A DNA stretch of 64,000 bases from Chthoniobacterales bacterium (GTDB lineage Bacteria > Verrucomicrobiota > Verrucomicrobiia > Chthoniobacterales > Chthoniobacteraceae), in NCBI GenBank assembly GCA_038207335.1, contig JBBQZX010000004.1, positions 170,064 through 234,063 of the forward strand, given 5' to 3'. The notes beneath the pieces are model-generated. The model saw only the letters and a program-made list of their open reading frames with translations. It was not told where the DNA came from and did not search any database. The position numbers were made by a program, and so were the translations under genes. This document shows positions 60,301 through 64,000 of this stretch, piece by piece. The first letter of the stretch is position 1. Every line of letters starts with the position of its first letter.

Positions 60301-62085
60301 AGCGATCTCGTCACCGATCTCAGTCCGCTGCGCGGGATGCCGCTCAACACCTTGTTTTTGAGTGGCACGAAGATCAGCGATCTCTCCCCGCTGCCCGGTC
60401 TGCCGCTCCGGGAACTCTACCTCGAAGCCTGCCCCGGCGTCGCCGACCTCACCCTGCTCGCGCAGATTCCCACGCTGGAAAAACTCACCGTGCCCGTGCA
60501 GGCCGCGAACATCAACGCCCTGCGCAAGCTGCCCGCCCTCCAGATGCTCGACGTCCGTCGCAACGACACCACCCTCCAGCCCGCCTCCACCGCCGCAGCG
60601 TTTTGGAAGCTGCGCGACGCGAATCCATGGATCGCCCTGCTCCGAGACTCCGGCATCAAGACAAAGGCACTGCGAGCCGCGGATGACGGCACTTTTGAGT
60701 TGGACCTCAGCAACACACCCATCACCGACCTCACGCCGCTCAAAGGCGCGCCGATCAGCAAGCTGTGGATCAACGACACCGCCGTGTCCGATCTGGAACC
60801 GCTGCGTGGCCTGCCGCTCAAGAGGCTCTTCGCCGGCAACACCCGCGTCACCGATCTCGCGCCGCTGCGCGGAATGCCGATCATCGAGCTTACCCTCAAC
60901 GGAACCCGCATCAGCGACCTCAGTCCGCTGCACGGGATGCCCCTGGAATCTCTCATTATCGGCGGCACCGACGTCGCCGATTTGGAACCGCTGCGCGGCA
61001 TGGCGATCAAGCGCCTCATCTTCTACGATACGAAGATCACCGACCTCCGTCCGCTCCAGGGAATGCCGCTCGAAGAACTGTCATTGGGCAAAGTAAGCGA
61101 CCTCTCCATCTTGCGCGGTATGCCGCTGCGGAGCCTGCGACTCCATGAGTGCCCCGAAGAGACAGACCTCTCGCCGCTCGCCGAATCAAAGGAACTCACC
61201 AGCCTCACGCTGCCGGCTGGCGCGAAGCGCCTCGAAGTCCTCCGCACTTTGCCCAAGCTCAGCCGCATCGGCTTCAAGGAAGATTGGAAAAACGGCGGCC
61301 GCCCCGACCAGACCGCCGAGGAGTTTTGGAAGGAATACGATGCGAAGTCGTGGTTGGAGCCGCTGCGTGCGGCAGGCGTCACGATCAAGAGCAGCAAGCA
61401 ACTGCCCGACGGCACCTGGGAGCTGGACCTGACCGCGGCGAAGCTCAGCGACCTCGCGCTCCTGAAAGGCACGCGGGTCAGCAAACTGAACCTCAGCAAA
61501 ACCGCCGTCACCGACCTGGCACCGCTGCGCGGCCTGCCACTCAAGACGTTGAACCTCGAGGAGACGCCGGTTTCCGACCTTCGCCCGCTCGCAGGCATGC
61601 CGTTGGAAGATTTGAACCTGATGAAGACAAGAGTCTCCGACGTGTCGCCCTTGAAGGGGTTGCTCCTCAGGAATCTCCAGCTCAACAACACCGCCGTCGC
61701 CAATCTGGAACCGCTGCGCGGCATGCCGCTGAAAGACCTCGCCATCCCCAATACGAAGGTAATTGCCCTGCAGCCGCTCAAGGACACGCCGTTGGAGGTC
61801 CTGACCCTGAGTTACACCGATGTGACCGACATTTCCGTCCTGCATGGAATGCCCCTGAGAACACTGAAGCTGATTGATTGCTCCAAACTAATCGACCTTA
61901 CGCCCCTCGCTACGGCCAAAGGACTCACCGAACTCGGCCTGCCGCCGAACGCCAAGGACATCGAATTCCTGCGGGACTTCCCCAAGCTCAAGCGCCTGAG
62001 CTACGCGGTGGATCCGAACAACGGCTGGCGCGCCGACAAGACCGCCACGGAGTTTTGGAAGGAATACGACGCGAAGAAGAAATAG
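57396..62085 (+). CDS. Membrane Ser/Thr kinase K3 with four LRR modules (about 1560 aa); split by two 1-nt deletions
   Basis: Track ORFs 57396-59798, 59807-60187 and 60031-62085 join seamlessly if one base is added at about 59763 ([26 protein letters not shown]) and one at about 60163 (GTYS-L-SIQNQPLSDLS). Confidence 0.85.
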
Positions 62086-62220
62086 GCGTGGCTCCTCGAA
62101 GCAATCCAGCGGGGCGAAAAATAGTCTGTGTGGGCGTGTGGGATTTGGTCGCCGCGGGCTGCGCGAGCATCAGGAATGAACACGGTGTGATTGAATGCGC
62201 GCCCAGTCACGCTGGCGCGA

Positions 62221-62351
62221 GGTAGGGACGGCTGTCCCAGCCGTTCGTCGACGAGCGGTTCGAGGCCATCCTCTACAGTACGATCGAAGAACGACGTCGG
62301 ACCGGTTTGCCGAGGCTCGCCGGGCGGACGGCTCGGAGAGCCGTCCCTACC
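62221..62351. repeat. REPIN-like inverted pair of GTAG-type REP palindromes
   Basis: GGTAGGGACGGCT-GTCCC-AGCCGTTCG and, on the opposite strand, GGTAGGGACGGCT-CTCCG-AGCCGTCCG, about 75 nt apart. Confidence 0.75.
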
Positions 62352-62488
62352 GCGCTGGCGCGCCAACGCGGACCCGACTTCAACCACACCCGAATGAACA
62401 CGCCGGCCGCCGGGCTGCTTGACCCACCTGCCTCGATTTTGTTGTCATCGAAGCCGCAGTCATTGCAGCCGCAAATTTACCCTGTCTG

Positions 62489-64000
62489 ATGGACAACAAT
62501 CAGGATCGCGAATCGACCGAGCCTGTGCAGTCCAACAGCCGCTGGGGACGGGCGACATCTGATGCCGGTGACGACCGCCGCGAGGCGCTGAGCGAACTGG
62601 CGGCGAGTTACTACTACTGCGTTTATGCCTGGTGGCGGCGTTCGGGGCGCGAAGCGGAAGCCGCAGCTACGGCGACGCTCGCCTTTTTCGACCGTTGGCT
62701 CAGCGAGTCGCCGCCGCAGCGAACGGACTCGGGCGTCGAGCGGATGCGCACTTGGCTCTTGGAGCGGCTGGCCGAGCTTTCGGGGGAAACGCTGGAGACT
62801 CCCGTCGAGCCGCCGCTTGCGTTGGACCCAGCTTGGGCGGAAGCGCGGTACGCGGATGAACCGCCCGGCGAAGCGGACGCCATCTTTCAGCGCCGCTGGG
62901 CGCTCACGGTGCTGGAGTTCACCGTGGCGACGATGCGCGCGGAATACACGGCGCGCGGCGAAGAGGCGCTCTTTCCCGAACTCGTGCCCTTCGCCGGATA
63001 CGACTCGGGCGAAGAGGATCGCTACCTCGGCGCCGCGGATCGCACCGGGCTCACCGTCGGCGCGATGCACAAGGAGGTCTTCGATTTCCGCCACCGGCAG
63101 CGCGAGCTGCTGCTCTATTTTGCCGGCGATACGCTGCTCGATCCGGCGGAGGCGACGAGCGAGATCACCGCGCTGCTCTGCGCCTGCGATGCTCCGGGAC
63201 CGGAGGCGGCAACGGCGCGACTCCCGACGGAGATTGCCAATGTGCATCCGGATGAAATGCTCGCGCGCGCCATGCAGAGCGTGCGCATGACCGGCGGCGG
63301 CGCGGCGGGCTGGCACCCGCCCACGGTCGCGGAAGCGGCGCGCCTTTTTCCCCAGTATGAAGTGAGTGCGCTGCTCGGGCGCGGCGGCATGGGCGCCGTT
63401 TACCGGGGGCGCCAGGTGGAGCTCGACCGCCCGGTCGCGATCAAGCTCCTGCCGCTGGAGGTGAGCGTGGATCGCGACTTCGCCGACCGTTTCCGCCGCG
63501 AGGCCCGCGCCATGGCCCGGCTCCAGCATCCGAACATCATCGACGTTTACGACTTCGGCACGACCTCCGAGGGGCATCTCTTTTTCGTCATGGAGTATGT
63601 CGAGGGGACGAACCTCGACGCGCTGATCCGCGGGCCGGGCCTCGCGCCGGCGCAGGCGCTCCAGATCGTGAGCAGCGTCTGCGAGGCGCTCGCCTACGCG
63701 CACGCGGAGGGCGTGGTGCATCGCGACATCAAGCCGGCCAATGTGATGGTGAGCACGAAGGGCAAGGTGAAGGTCGCCGACTTCGGGCTCGCGCAGCTCA
63801 GCGATGCCACCGCCGAACAGCTCGGCCACACCGTCACCGGCACGGTCATGGGCACGCCGGATTACATGGCACCGGAGCAAAAGCGCGGGATGCACGTCGA
63901 TCACCGCGCGGACATCTACAGCCTCGGCGTGATGCTCTACGAAATGCTCTGCCGCGAAGTGCCGCAGGGCATCTTCGATCCGCCGAGCCACCGCGTGGCC
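62489..64000 (+). CDS. ECF sigma-factor-like domain fused to a Ser/Thr kinase; partial, runs off the right edge
   Basis: Not in the ORF track. Manual translation is open from ATG 62489: REALSELAASYYYCVYAWWRR (sigma2-like), IFQRRWALTVL..YLGAADRTGLTVGAMHKEVFDFRHR (sigma4-like), then LLGRGGMGAVY, VAIK, HRDIKPAN, DFG, GTPDYMAPE. Confidence 0.85.
   Translation, partial: MDNNQDRESTEPVQSNSRWGRATSDAGDDRREALSELAASYYYCVYAWWRRSGREAEAAATATLAFFDRWLSESPPQRTDSGVERMRTWLLERLAELSGETLETPVEPPLALDPAWAEARYADEPPGEADAIFQRRWALTVLEFTVATMRAEYTARGEEALFPELVPFAGYDSGEEDRYLGAADRTGLTVGAMHKEVFDFRHRQRELLLYFAGDTLLDPAEATSEITALLCACDAPGPEAATARLPTEIANVHPDEMLARAMQSVRMTGGGAAGWHPPTVAEAARLFPQYEVSALLGRGGMGAVYRGRQVELDRPVAIKLLPLEVSVDRDFADRFRREARAMARLQHPNIIDVYDFGTTSEGHLFFVMEYVEGTNLDALIRGPGLAPAQALQIVSSVCEALAYAHAEGVVHRDIKPANVMVSTKGKVKVADFGLAQLSDATAEQLGHTVTGTVMGTPDYMAPEQKRGMHVDHRADIYSLGVMLYEMLCREVPQGIFDPPSHRVA

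Noticed and set aside
51200..62085. Periodic 63-bp-like repeats as a CRISPR array
   Set aside because: They are degenerate, in-frame LRR codons; there are no identical repeats with unique spacers and no cas genes.

Overview
GC-rich bacterial chromosomal segment, most likely Verrucomicrobiota (Chthoniobacter/Spartobacteria-like). This placement is inferred from the TGTTC-N4-GAACA LexA box, the PEP-CTERM and LEPR-XLL proteins, UBact, and the PVC-style Ser/Thr kinases. Left arm: a partial vWA membrane protein, an orphan antitoxin-like ORF with a gene relic, and a LexA-boxed imuA-imuB-dnaE2 mutasome. Next is a UBact-prcB-prcA proteasome operon whose 58-aa ubiquitin-like tag gene is missed by the ORF track and which runs into peptidoglycan amidase and PG-binding genes. 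Middle: LysM and GYF-like genes, secG, a Zn/Mn ABC transporter, large surface proteins, a zinc-ribbon kinase, a sugar kinase-MurQ fusion, ligA, a sulfatase, smc (with tandem NrdR-like boxes), an OYE reductase and ahcY. The most striking region is the last 15 kb. It holds three tandem paralogous membrane Ser/Thr kinases with polyproline leaders and variable, modular leucine-rich-repeat ectodomains (5, 1 and 4 capped LRR modules). Two of them share an ECF-type promoter, an orphan kinase C-terminal tip lies between them, and an ECF sigma factor-kinase fusion follows, running off the window. Five single-base indels break three genes and may be assembly errors. All family assignments are by eye from motifs; no searches were run.
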